Part shown: piece by piece, positions 39,375 to 51,460 of the stretch
How positions within the stretch are numbered: the stretch's first letter is position 1
Layout of the letters: each line of letters begins with the position of its first letter
NCBI GenBank assembly: GCA_013239625.1
Contig: MU054037.1
Coordinates: forward strand, 374,001-438,000
DNA: 64,000 nucleotides
Direction of reading: 5' to 3'
From: Lama guanicoe
Taxonomy: Eukaryota
Translations under genes and position numbers: made by a program
Notes under the pieces: generated by a model
The model's database searches: none
The model's input: only the letters and a program-made list of their open reading frames with translations
What the model was told of the DNA's origin: nothing

Positions 39375-39390
39375 TGTGTGTGTGTGTGTG
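39375..39390. repeat. (TG)8 microsatellite about 30 nt downstream of the exon 13 donor
   Basis: Read directly from sequence. Confidence 0.9.
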
Positions 39391-39911
39391 CGCTCTGGCC
39401 TGGCTAGTGTGAGTGTGTTGTGGGGTTTTTTCTTTTATTTTCTTAAATCCCCCCCCTTTTTTTTTAACTTGATTGTAACTTATTTTTTGGCTTGGTGATG
39501 AAACAGTTTAACAAAGTCTCTAAGACTTATACTAATATGTAGAGAGGTGTTGAAAGCAATTACTTAGTCCTCTGACATAGTATGTTTGCCAGCGTCACCA
39601 TGCTCTGAAAAGAGAGAAAATAGGTATTTCCTTAAAGGTAGGTGTTTGCAGGACTTGCAGTTCCTGTCTTTAGCAAGTAGCGTAGTGTTTTGGAGCGCTG
39701 ATTACCTCGGGATTTACATTTATGCCTAATGCTGCATTCTGTTCTCCTGTCTCTAACTCATCTCGAGTAAGCTCTGTGTTTTAGTCTTGCCATCTTTGCC
39801 TTATTAACGTGTGACACTGAACAGACTCATTTTTTCAAACGTAACCGTCCATTCTGCCTGCCTTTCCTCCTAACTAAAGCACTCTTTCCCGTCTTTTCTT
39901 TCTTGAACCAG

Positions 39912-40013
39912 ACTAACCTAGAAAAAGATCTCAACCTCTGCCAAACAGAGTTAGAGGCAGATTTAGAAAAACCGGAGACGCTTAATAAAGCACCCAGTGC
40001 AAACCTGTCACAG
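39912..40013 (+). CDS. SORBS1: SORBS1 exon 14 (102 nt) TNLEKDLNLCQTELEADLEKPETLNKAPSANLSQ
   Basis: aaccag|ACT acceptor, CAG|gtattt donor, phase 0-0. Confidence 0.93.
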
Positions 40014-42792
40014 GTATTTCCGAGTTTTTCTCCTGCCCTCAGTGCCCTTTGCTTTCTTCTTTGTTCTACGGTTGTTGATGTACTTGAGGTGATGGATGGT
40101 CACACTGGTTATTTTTAAGCTGCATGGCTTTCTGACTCCTGTTTTAGATTACCTCCTACCCCACCCCACCCCGCTCCCCAACTTAATTTTTGCTTGGATT
40201 CCTTTTGAGCTTGGCATCTTAAAGGTCGGATTTTTCATATGTACGCAGGGTGGTTGGTGATTTAGCTACTCCCCCCATACCATCCTCTTTCTCTACTTTC
40301 AAGGGGTCACCTTTTTAACTCCCTTCTGCCCCCTTTGGGTGTTCACCTTCTCTGAATTTTCAGGGAGTCATTTTTGGGCAACTTCCTTGTCTTTTCTGCA
40401 GCTCTGGGAGATACCAACCTCAGAGATCATTTTCCGAAACACAGCAGCAGTGATGTGAGTGCCTCTTACATGCGTGATGCTGTCAGAGTAGTAGTATTTG
40501 TAATTTGCAAGATCAGAAAGTTCTCAATGAAAAAATGCACTCCGGAGGCCAGACGGCCTGGCCACAAGCATTTGAAACTCAGCCTGCATTGATATTCCTA
40601 AAGGGAGCTAGGTCCCGGTGCAGTTTATCAAAGGATATGTCAGAAAGAGAGAGCAGCCAAGGTAAATGGGCTCCCAAGAGGAAGAAAAAATACCAAATGT
40701 TTGGAGAACTGCCCCAGGGCTCCCTGACAAAACAAAGGAGACTCTTAGAAGGAAAGAGTCTCTTCACAGAAAATAAAAAAGGAATGAGAACATTGAAGAG
40801 GTGAAGACGTCAGCGGACTATGGCAGGAGAAGTGGAAAATGCTAATGGATCATGTTCTTAAGCAGAACTAAGACAAGGAGGGTCAGACCAGCAGCATGAG
40901 CGACTTGGGTGCGAAGTCATGAGAGTGCCAGAGACTCAAACCAGGGAAGAGGAAACCCAGGGGGGACGATGGCAGCGGCCCAGGGCCCGGGACAAGAGGG
41001 GCAGAAGCCGAGAAGGGCAAGCACATCCAGGGGAGTTAGGGTTTGGGAAGCCAGAGTCACCGAAGGGTGAGGCAGCCGCAGGACCAGCGGTCGGGCACAG
41101 GGGAGGCTGAGAAGGTGAGCAGAGCGCACACAGTCAGGCGATGGGTGGGGAAAGTGGCGGGGGCTGAGTTACAGCCGGTATGGAGACTGGAACCAGCTGT
41201 AGCTGCTGTGGGGATGGAGGTCTGAGCGAGTCGGAGCAGAACTGTGGCTACAGCTAAGTCCTGAAGTGAGCTGGGGTGCAGGACGGGGGCCCAGAACAAA
41301 TCAACACTCTCCAGGGTCTGAGGTGGTTCCTAAAACATGCCAGGATGGAGGACAACTGAAGGGCCACCTCCCTGGGCAGAGATGGCACCGGTACCTCCAG
41401 CCCTGCCCAGGGCTGGGTGGATGGACCCAAAGGAGCATCAGCTGCAGAAAGGAATCACCTTGATGGACATGGGTTCAGCTGTGTGTCACCCTAATGCAAC
41501 TGAGACATGCTGAGGGAGGTTCTGAATCAGCACAAAAATGGACTCTGCCCTCAGGAACATGACAGCTTAGTCACACTCATAAATAAACGTTCTCTAATAC
41601 TGCACAGCAGGGCCTGGTAAGAACTGAATAAACACTGTGGGCTCTAAGCTCTCAGAAGAGGCAGAGACCCTACGGGAAATCGGGGAGGATTTCTCAGGAG
41701 TTGGCCGAGATCTTAAAGGACTGATGGCATTTAGGAACATGGTGGAAATGGGGACCGAGAATGGGACAGGTGCCAAGGGTGGGAGACTCCAGGAAAGGAT
41801 GGGCCAGAGAGACTGGTGCAGGCAAAGGGGCTGAAAGGATGGGTGTGGAGGTGAGAGTAGGGACTTCTTAGGAGTGATGGGGGCAGCTGGGCCGGTGGGT
41901 GAGCCCTGATGGAGGTGCCTCCTCTCCTGTCATCTTCATTCACCGTCTCTTCCTTTCCTTGCTCCTGTTTCTCTCCTTTCCTCAAGTATCTCTCCCCAGG
42001 TGGCTTGTTTTCCTTGATGTGGTCATTAGTAGAGGCAGGAGCATCTTTCAAAGCTAACGTTTACACTGATGTGTGCAACTGCCACATCATTTGTAAAAAC
42101 AAATGTATCGAACCCTTTGCCTTTCTTCTTCCAAGACAGCAGAGACCCTAGACCGTGTGGTTGTGCTGCCTTTTCTCTGCACGAAGCTCCTGGCAGTTTT
42201 CTTCGTTTTGCGTAGTGGCCTGTAGTTTTTATAACACCGTTCCTCCACTCATGCTGAAATGCTCATTGATAGGTTTAGTGAAACTGCATTTCTCCCCATT
42301 TCTACATGTCTATATCTGCAGGGGGAAACAGTCTAAAACTGCTGTCTTTTAAAATGCATTTTTGTACGTTCTGTGCCTGAAGTGTTGGGTGACCCTCTCT
42401 GGCTGTGGCATTTGGGTGCATGAAGGAGTCCAGTGGGCTTGGCAGGGGGTCTGAGGGCTGGGGATGAGCTGGTGAAGGATGCTGTCCATGTCACTTATGC
42501 ATGTTGCCAAATGGTGGGCCATCTGCCTGGCGGGCCTGCGACCGAAGGTAAATGTAAAGAGTTTATGTGGCTGTCCCCTGACCCACCCAGAGAGCCTTGG
42601 CTGTGGCCACTGGGAGGTGCAGAGAACCCTCCACCGGCACTGAAGCCTTTCCAGCCGGCTCCCCGGCTCCCAGGGGGCCTCATCTGAATTAGGAAAGGAA
42701 GGGGGCATCTCTCTCTTTTCCCCTTGACTTGAAACATCTGGGTCAAAATAAATCATCTACACCTTTTCTTTTTTTTTTTTTGACATTTACAG

Positions 42793-42842
42793 AGCTCTGC
42801 AGTCAGCCCCACTCCGGACATTTCTTCAGAGCCTCCTGGATA
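42793..42842 (+). CDS. SORBS1: SORBS1 exon 15 (50 nt) SSAVSPTPDISSEPPG(Y)
   Basis: Poly-T tract then tacag|AGC acceptor, GATA|gtaagt donor. Confidence 0.94.
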
Positions 42843-45467
42843 GTAAGTTGCCACTGTTTTCATGGCTTAATGTATTAAATGTCAGAAATGGGTAGAAGCT
42901 TGTGTTTTATTTGTTATCAGTCTAGTGGCTTTGGATGATGTACAGTTCGGTGATAAGTAGCAATTTAATTATAGTCTTCAAATTATTTTTCTTTTTTCTC
43001 CTCATCCAAATTAATTTTGTGGGTGATTTATATTACCTTTGATAAGCTTTTCTCTGCATTGGCATCTTTAGAATGTTTGTCTGAGTTTAGAATCAGCGTT
43101 CTCCTCATTTGCTGATTCTTGCAGGGAGCGGGTGAATGACTGAGGCCGCATCTGGTATAAAGGGGGGTAGGGGGTTGGGTCCTCAGGCTGGACCTGTCAC
43201 GGGGGAAGATGGGGCCGAGAGGGGGCTAATTCGTATGAGTCTCAGAGATCTGGATTTATTTCCCCATACCAGTTCTTAGAATTCTACCTGGGTACACTGC
43301 ACACACTTCCTCATGGGGTAACCACCAGCCTGCTTTCCTCCCCAAACCATCCCATGTCCTGTCCCAGATTCCTGGTCTCAGTACTTTGTTATATAGCTGT
43401 CGTCCCAGCCAAAGATGTTGGTGCTGCCCCCACCCTTACAGACCTGGGAAATAGCTTGTATAACTGAGCTCTGAGCCTTCCTGTTCCCAGTCTCGCGTTC
43501 CTACCTCTTATAGTGCTTACTTCTATTGCTCTGCACCTGAATTCTGCTCTTGTGTTGTTATAACTACTAGTAAGCTATAAACTCCATGCATCTCCATAGT
43601 GCCTGGTGCATGCAAGAAATCTGGGAGCTGTCTGGCAGGAGTGGCTTCTCATCCCATCACCATTATGTCAGCACCTACAGCTCACTCCGAAATACAGGGG
43701 GGAAAGGCACACTCTTACCTGCTCCACGTAGGTGGGGTGAATCCACAGTGAGCAAAGTTCGCTTGTTCAAGCAGAAGCCTGACTTGGTCTGAATGCTGAG
43801 CTTATGGATCGGAGGGGCAAATATCATGGTCACTTGGGCATATCCAACCTGCCCTGCCCAAGAAGGCATTTTGCAAGAGTAGTTTCATTTGAAAATCAGT
43901 CAGCAGGGATTGGCGTATTTGGGTGGAAAGTCGCTTCAGGTGGCTGGCTGGCTGAGTGAACTTCTGCTGGACCTAAGGCACTATGCTGGGTATTAGAAGA
44001 GGCGCATAAGATACAGTCTCCCACTAGTTTTAGGGGCAAAACACACACAAAAATAAATGGTAATAAAGAATAAGGCAACATGGCCAATGAATGAAATAGA
44101 TCATAAAGGTTAAAAGTACTCGGAAGAGAAGGCAGCTCCCACAGGCTGTCAGCGTGAGGAGCACAGGTCTTGAATGAAATGATAATTTTCATTCAACTTA
44201 GTATGTACTACATGCCAGGCCCTGTGCTTAGCATCGCATGTTCTTGACCTCATTTAGCCCTCAGCGTTCCAGGATCAGGCGTCATTTTTAATCCCCATTG
44301 TGTAGCTGAGGAAACAGGCACATGAAGGTAGCGTGTGCCCAGGTTCCACAGCTGTGCGCGGCAGAGCCGTCGCCCGAGGAGGGACGATGAAGCTCCAGGC
44401 TAGGGCCTGCCTCGATTGATGGGTATTAGCAGTAAACTCTCACCTGCACACGTACTGATTCATAGTAAGTGAACAGAAGGCATGCTAAAATTAACTGTCT
44501 TGAGTGATGAAAAACAACTTAAGCAACTATTTGTGTAGTAGTGTGTTAGCAGGATTGAAGGGGACTAATGCAAGCTTTTTAAGAGAGCAGACCACTTTCA
44601 GACACTCTGAGCAATTGTGTGCATAAAGGTATTTGAGGTGTGAATTTACCAAGCGCTCGTATTTGTATCATTGAAATAGGTCTCCAAAAGACCTCTGTTT
44701 TTCAGCCATAGCCCCGCTCTCATGAAACACTTGGCAGGAAGGAATAAGCTTTTCCCTCCAGCTATTCTGTCATTTGGGGATTTTTCAGTAATTCAGGTTT
44801 GGTTTTCTCCCAGTTGGTTCAAGTGAATAAAGTTTTTCTGTATTTGGAGTTGGTAAGGAGCCAGCCTAAGCCAGTGCCTGACACATGGGGAAATACACAA
44901 TAAATGTTTGCTGAATAAATGAATGCATCTATAAATCTTAATTAACTGGAATCTGGCTCACGTAGTACCAAGGCAGGCAGCTTTGAACTGCATCTGGCCT
45001 TTTTCACCACATGGACAGGAATCAACATGTGAAAAAAACACTGGCAAGGCTTGACTTAACCCAAGGACTGAAGAAAGAGGAATCACCAATGGCCCAGGCT
45101 CAGAAGCTCTGTGGTCCCTGGAATAGTGGCGGTGTTGTTTTAAATCCACATTCACATCTTGGGGAGACTGCGGTTTAGAATTTTATTATCTTGAGTCCAT
45201 ATCACAATATTGAAAGAACCTGGGAAGAGAGGAAGAAATTCTCCCATAGTCCCAATATCCTAATGCAACTATCAGTCCTTCCTCTCAAAAAATATATTTT
45301 TATGCTAGTGATCATAGTGTATGCCCCACTTCGTATTTTATTTCCCTGGAGTTTTCAGATTTATAAGTCAGCAGTGTAGACTACTTGTTATTTTCATCAT
45401 TACTTAGCATTTTGACATTGATTAGCACAAACGCATGTTTTGCCTAACCAAAGAGCTTTACTCTATT

Positions 45468-45486
45468 CAGCCAGCAGGTGGCACTA
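45468..45486 (+). promoter_or_regulatory. Candidate CTCF site
   Basis: cagccagcaggtggcacta closely matches the CTCF core consensus. Confidence 0.65.
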
Positions 45487-45897
45487 AAGAACAAGCTGCT
45501 CTTTCCTAAATGGTGATGGTTCTCTAGAGAAAACACTTTTCCCCCCTAATCTCATGTAAGATCAAAACACAAATCATTGCCTGAAGAACTGTATGAAAGA
45601 TTAGAGATTCCTCTACGCCTCTGTGTGCATGTAGGCATTTAATTTCATAGAATCGTTTATTCCACTAATACATATTTATTGAACAACAGTGCTAGACACC
45701 AGGCATGCAAAGATTGATCAAATAAACTGCCTTCCCTTAAGGGACTCAGAGTGTCATTGGGAAATTATACACTTGTACATAACAGTCAAAATGCAGTGTG
45801 GTAAATGCAGTGATGGGACCCACAAAGGAGTGAACACTCTGTTGTCCAGGAGAGAAAAGAAAGGTTTCACAGAGCAGCAGCAAATGAGTTAGAGAGT

Positions 45898-46236
45898 GAT
45901 AAATATATGATGTCACTTATATGTGGAATCTAAAAAAATGATACAAATGAACTTATTTACAAAACAGAAATAGACTCACAGACATAGAGAACAAACATAT
46001 GGTTAACAAAGGGGAAAGAGGTGAGGAGGGATAAATTAGGAATTTGGGATTAACAGATACAAACTACTGTATATAAAATAAACAAGGACCTACCGTATAG
46101 CACAGGGAACTATATCAATATAATAACCTGTAACAGAAAAGAATCTGAGAAAGAATAGATACATATGTATAGCTAAATCATTTTGCTGTATACCTGAAAC
46201 TAATACAGCATTGTAAATCAACTATACTTCAATAAA
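45898..46236 (+). mobile_element. 5'-truncated LINE-1 3' UTR (cetartiodactyl type)
   Basis: tcacttatatgtggaatctaaaaa...agactcacagacatagagaacaaac...tatagcacagggaactat...gctgtatacctgaaactaa...aataaa, typical of L1 3' ends. Confidence 0.85.
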
Positions 46237-49200
46237 GAAGTGAATGACAGTAACATATTATAAATACAAAACATTTTTTATGCAGTACAAAGGCTCTAAG
46301 ATTGTCTAGACTCCCTCCCCCAAAGTCTAGGCAGTTACTTTTTATTTTCTTTCTGAAAATAGCAAGTGGTTTTGAACAGTGAATTCAGTGAAGCTGGAAT
46401 TTTTTTGTCTATTTTGTCCCCTGTTGAATCTCCATGTAGGAGAGTGATTGACACTTAGTAGATGCTTGGTAAATAATCGTGGAGTGAGTCAAGTGAGCAA
46501 TGGAATGACATATTGAGATCTTCTCTAGAATTATCACTGGCAGTGATTTACAAAGATGATTGGAGAGACTCCAGTGGGAGCGATGGTGTGCTTTCTGCAG
46601 AGGTGGAGGTGAGCGTTTGTGAGCGGTTTGTGAGAGAGAAAGGATGAATGTGTGCTGTTATCAAGGACAGGGAGTAAGCAGGACTTGGTGACTGCTTAGG
46701 TCTGGGAGCAAGGAGAGGGCAAAGGGGGTTGATTTTTCAGCATTCTAGCATGGGTGAAGGAAGACAGAGGAGCAGAGCCAGGTTTGGTCTGGGACATGTT
46801 GGATTTAAGATGCCTGAGGACCACTCAGGTGAGGATGTCTAGAAGGCACTTGAATGTCTGTGTCTGGAGCTCAAAAGAAAATCTTCATCTATTTGAAGAT
46901 GGATTTCTTGGGTAGTCTCACCATGCTTGTTAGTTTTGCAGTTGAAAGAAATTGAGGCTGAGCGAAGCCGATTGTTTCCAAGTTTTTAAACAGAGCGGGT
47001 TAGCCTCAGCTGATCCCATTCCTTGTTGGAGCCAGGCTGGAATCACAGCCTGCCAGGACCCTGCCTGCCTCCTCCGGAGCCCACCTGTTAGCATGATTGG
47101 AAACAGTTGGCCCTAAAATGACTGCTCTATTCTCTCACTTTATTCTTCTAGTGAGTGTGTTTTAGTTGAATCCCCCTTGAAACTCAGCAGCCAGCTCTGC
47201 AGCTTAGCCAAGAGGATGAGTTCTCTGCACTGTCTCCTCCTGGCTTGCTCTTTCGGAGCTGAAAATGGCTCAACTCAGGCTGCAGGGGGCTGCGCTGCTG
47301 AATTTGACTTGATTCGTTAAGTAATCGGTGGCTGCTGGTCCTGATTGGGCCTTTCTCCATTAGCCTGGCTGGTTTTCCCATCCTCTCTGATCTGTTTGAA
47401 CCCAGCAAAGACCCAACAACCCTGTGACCTTCTGCAAATGCCTTCAGCACTCTTGGTCCTCAGGTTCCCCTCTGGGACAGTGGGACAGATGACAGGTCTC
47501 TCCAACATTAGGAAGTCTGATGGAGGTGATACATTTAAAAACATTGTTCCAGAGCTTTTGGACACTGTTTTTAAACAAGAAGCCCCTTAGTTGCAGTGTT
47601 ACACATCTGGGAAAAGTGTGTTGGCTTTGGTATCAGAAAGAAAACAATTGGCTATGGCAAATCCATTCTGAGGGATTTCCTGAGTGCTGGTTTGTTGTTC
47701 TGTTGGGGAAACAGGAAAAAGTGGTGATAAGGAGTGGAATAAAGCCAGAAGTGGGGTGGCTGTGGGTGGGAGCTGGGTTCTGACAGCTGGTGAATTGGTG
47801 GGGGTGTGAAGTCAAGCAGCCGGTTATGGCCTCGAGTCATGACCAAATGAGGTTAGGAGGGACTAGAGCAGACGGGGTTGGAAGTCCTGACCAAGGCTGA
47901 GGCAGTTCAGAGAACGGCAGTGTAGGAGCTGCTGTCAGTCACTCCTGATATTCAGGGAGATCTGGTGACTCCAGACTAAGGCGAGCAGGGCTTCTGAGAC
48001 TGTTCCCTCACAAAATGAACCTCAGTCACCACGGTGTTGGTTGGTGAGGCTGAGGACATCTATTTGTGGATCTTTTCTCAGTTGATGTTGTACAGAAAGG
48101 AGAAACATGGGGTTAAACTGAAGGATAGAGTCAGAAAATGCAACCAAAAGAAGAGGGTGGACTCAAAGGGAAATTTAGAAAAGGGCCTGATTGATTTTTA
48201 ATAACAAAATTCAAAGTTAAAGCCAGTTTAGATGAGCTTACGTTTGTTTAAATTGGCATATATTGCCACAACCTTGCCAGGCACCTTTAGGGGTCCTCCA
48301 GCCCTCTAGCGAGGATTGACGGCTTTTATCAACCAGAACCGGGGATGGCAGCTGCAGGGAGAAGCAGGCGAGCCCAAAGCGGCGTGCGTGGCAGCCCCTG
48401 TCCCCCAGCCTGGAAAGCCAAGCCTCTTGGTCTCTAGGGGTGGGAATGGGCACCTTCAGGCAGGGGTCAGGGGCACCAGTAAGGAGAGCAGTGTAAGCCG
48501 GGGCCAGCCTAACTCCTGCTTTGTTCCTCTTGCCACCCTTCCGATGACTCCAGTCACTGATGTCTGATGTCAGGAAATTGGAGCCCTTGGTAAATGTGAT
48601 AGAATCCTTATACCTGTGGATTTCTAAATACGTAATTTTGCAAATCACAACCTATCCTTAGTCAGATTGTGTGTGCCAAATTTGCTTTCCGAAAATGTGT
48701 CCTTTGATTCATTCCACAAGTATGTACTGAGTGAATTCATGGCCGAGATAGTCTAGTGGGCTCCTGCAAGTAAGAGTCTCACCCCTTCCCGCCCCCTCCC
48801 ACCGGTTTCTTCTGTCTGAGACACACCTTGGCGGCTGCTCTGCAGACTCACGTCCTTCACATGCTTTTGTTCTTAGCTTCGAGGGAGGTTTTCTGGCCCA
48901 TCAGATTCCCAGTAATGCTCTCTGGCTTCAGCTGAGGAAAGAGGGAAAGCGTTTGACCCCTGGACCTAGGCCAGAGTGAATGAGGGGGTGCCCTGACTGC
49001 CTGGCAGGCCCCTGAATGGAGCACGTGGGGCCTGTAAACAGCAGGGGGCACAGGGCCAGGGCCCAGGGCTTGGTGGTGACTGGGAGGCGGTTACCAGGGC
49101 TGGAAGCAGTGGAATTCCTCAGGGGAACCTCACAGCTCCAAGGCGGAGACATTACCTGTCCTAGCACAGGGCCTCCGCCTCTTTTCCACTTCTGACCCCT

Positions 49201-50424
49201 GGTTCTGGACCCATGTGTCCCAGGGGTGCATTCATGGCAGGTGACACTCGGCAGTGATGATGCACACGGAGCTCCAGCATCCTTAAGTCCCTGTCTCCCC
49301 TGATGTGTGAGCCTGGGCCCTTGGAAGGCACTGCCTCCTGGGTCATGGGAAAACACTACATAGAAAACAGCCACTGAGGGTACTAACCACGCTGGCTTTA
49401 ACGAGAGCCTGACTCTCCCAGGGCCTCGTCCTCATCTGAAAATGGGGGAAGTAGGATTGTTTGTGGGAATTAAAGAGAGAGTGATCACCCAGCACTTAGC
49501 GCAGTGCCTCCTCCACGGGAGTGCTCGCCAAGCGCGGTGGGGCACCGCAGGGGACCCAGAGTCTGTGGGAAGGGTAAAACGGTTCAATCATGATGCAAGG
49601 GTGAAGGGAAGGAGACGGACAGGTGTGTGAGAAAGCACATGCAGCCCAGTGTTCCTTGTAGAATCTAGGTTGGGCAGTGTTGTGTGGAATGTTCACTCGT
49701 ATAATTCCTCAAGCTTTTCTTTCCACTGGATAATATTCATAATAAAATGTTTGGAATTGGTGATTTCACCCAGCTGTTTACAACTTCAGGGCTGAAAAGT
49801 CCATGCTGATGCCAGTAAACAGAATTCAGTAGGACTGAAAAGCAGCCTAGCGGGAGCCTGAGTGCTTCCATGGGGAAGGGGTCATCACTTACCCGAGAGA
49901 GTGTGTGTGCACATGTGTGAGTGTGCCCGTGTGTTGGTGTGCCAGTGGGTGAGGGCATGGAAAACTGGAATCAGGGGAAAGGGAGGCTTCAGCCAGTAAG
50001 TGCTCTTCATTTTTTCTGTGCCCCACCTGCTTCTAAAAAGGATTTGTGGTAACTTGCAAAAATGCCTAGACTTTCAACAAGACAAGAATAATTGAAGGAT
50101 GTCAATGAGCAATAGTTTTTACTCATAATACGCATCATAAGGTTCTGAATACAGATCTGGAAAGCAGTGGGTGCAAAACGTGGCTGGGATCGGAGCATGT
50201 AGAATCTCAGCTTCCAGTTGCGCTTGGTGGCTGATCTCCCGAGAGCCCAGAACAGCTGGGCCATCTCCTTTCACTGTTGATTTTAATGCTCCACTAGTCA
50301 AAGCCCTTGTGAAAAACCCAGAAAAATAACCCAGGTGGTGGACCTGAAGTGGCCAACGCTGGCCAGCAACATCTTAGAGGCCCCACTCATGTCCTCGACT
50401 GTCCCATCTTGTGTGCAGCCCCTG

Positions 50425-50445
50425 CACACACACACACACACACAC
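50425..50445. repeat. (CA)10 microsatellite
   Basis: Read directly from sequence. Confidence 0.9.
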
Positions 50446-50756
50446 CCCGCCTTCTGTCCCCAGGCAGTGTTTCTCAGAGTTATTCTTTTAGAGCACAAAT
50501 GCAGGCATCTCAGTTAGAGAGCCCCGCTGTTTGGCCTCCTGAGCATTGAGGGGCACCCGTGGGCCTGTCTTGTCTGTAGAGCTCTGTCTAAATAAGATTG
50601 CCTTTTAAAAAGGACAGTGCTTGGTTGGGATGCTAGGAAATGTGTCCCCTTGTCCTCAGCTGGTGGTGTGCTTTTTAGAAAAATGTTAAAAACACTAACT
50701 CTTATTTTCTGTTTTTTTTCCCCCTTCTCTTTCTTTGAAAATTACCTTGTTCTTAG

Positions 50757-50929
50757 TATATATTCTTCCAACTTCCACGCCGTGAAGAGGGAATCAGATG
50801 GGGCTCCTGGGGATCTTGCTAGCTTGGAGAGCGAGAGGCAGATTTACAAAAGCGTCTTGGAAGGAGGAGACATCCCTCTCCAGGGCCTGAGCGGCCTCAA
50901 GCGGCCATCCAGCTCAGCCTCCACTAAAG
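50757..50929 (+). CDS. SORBS1: SORBS1 exon 16 (173 nt) IYSSNFHAVKRESDG...KRPSSSASTK
   Basis: cttag|T acceptor, AAAG|gtaact donor. Confidence 0.96.
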
Positions 50930-51460
50930 GTAACTGGGTGAAGCCTGCTGGCTCTCGCCCGTCCACCCGGTGATCAGGGTGTCTCTCGCCACCCACACCT
51001 ATTATCCAGGTGTTGGCAGTGTGTGAACCTCCAGCTCCTGGGATAAGTTTTGCCTTGTTCAGATCCATTTCCAGGCCTTGGTGCCCTCTTGGTCCCCTCC
51101 CCTAGTTTCTCACCGGCCATTTTTCTTTCTGGTATTAATAGTTTCCCTTCCTCCAAACCCTACCCTTGCTCTCCCTGAAGCATCTCTCTCTTTTTTGTTG
51201 ATTCCCTTTTCTTAGAAATTAGCTGAGCTTTAGCCTTTCCTAACTCTAGCAGGGTGGCCATTTTTCGTTGCATCTTTGCACCTGCTTTGCAGCACAGATT
51301 ATTTTGCTTCCGGACATCGACTAGAAATTAAAACAAAACAAAACAAAACAAAAACCTTTATGACCAATAAGCATGTTACCTCTCCCCCCACCCCTTTTTT
51401 TAAAGCAGCTTTCAGCTTGAACCTAATGGGTCTGTTTATTTTATTCTGCATGCTTTCCAG

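Noticed and set aside
39984..39989. AATAAA as an internal polyadenylation signal
   Set aside because: It falls within coding sequence (Asn-Lys) 24 nt before a normal donor, with no in-frame stop before it; there is no other support.
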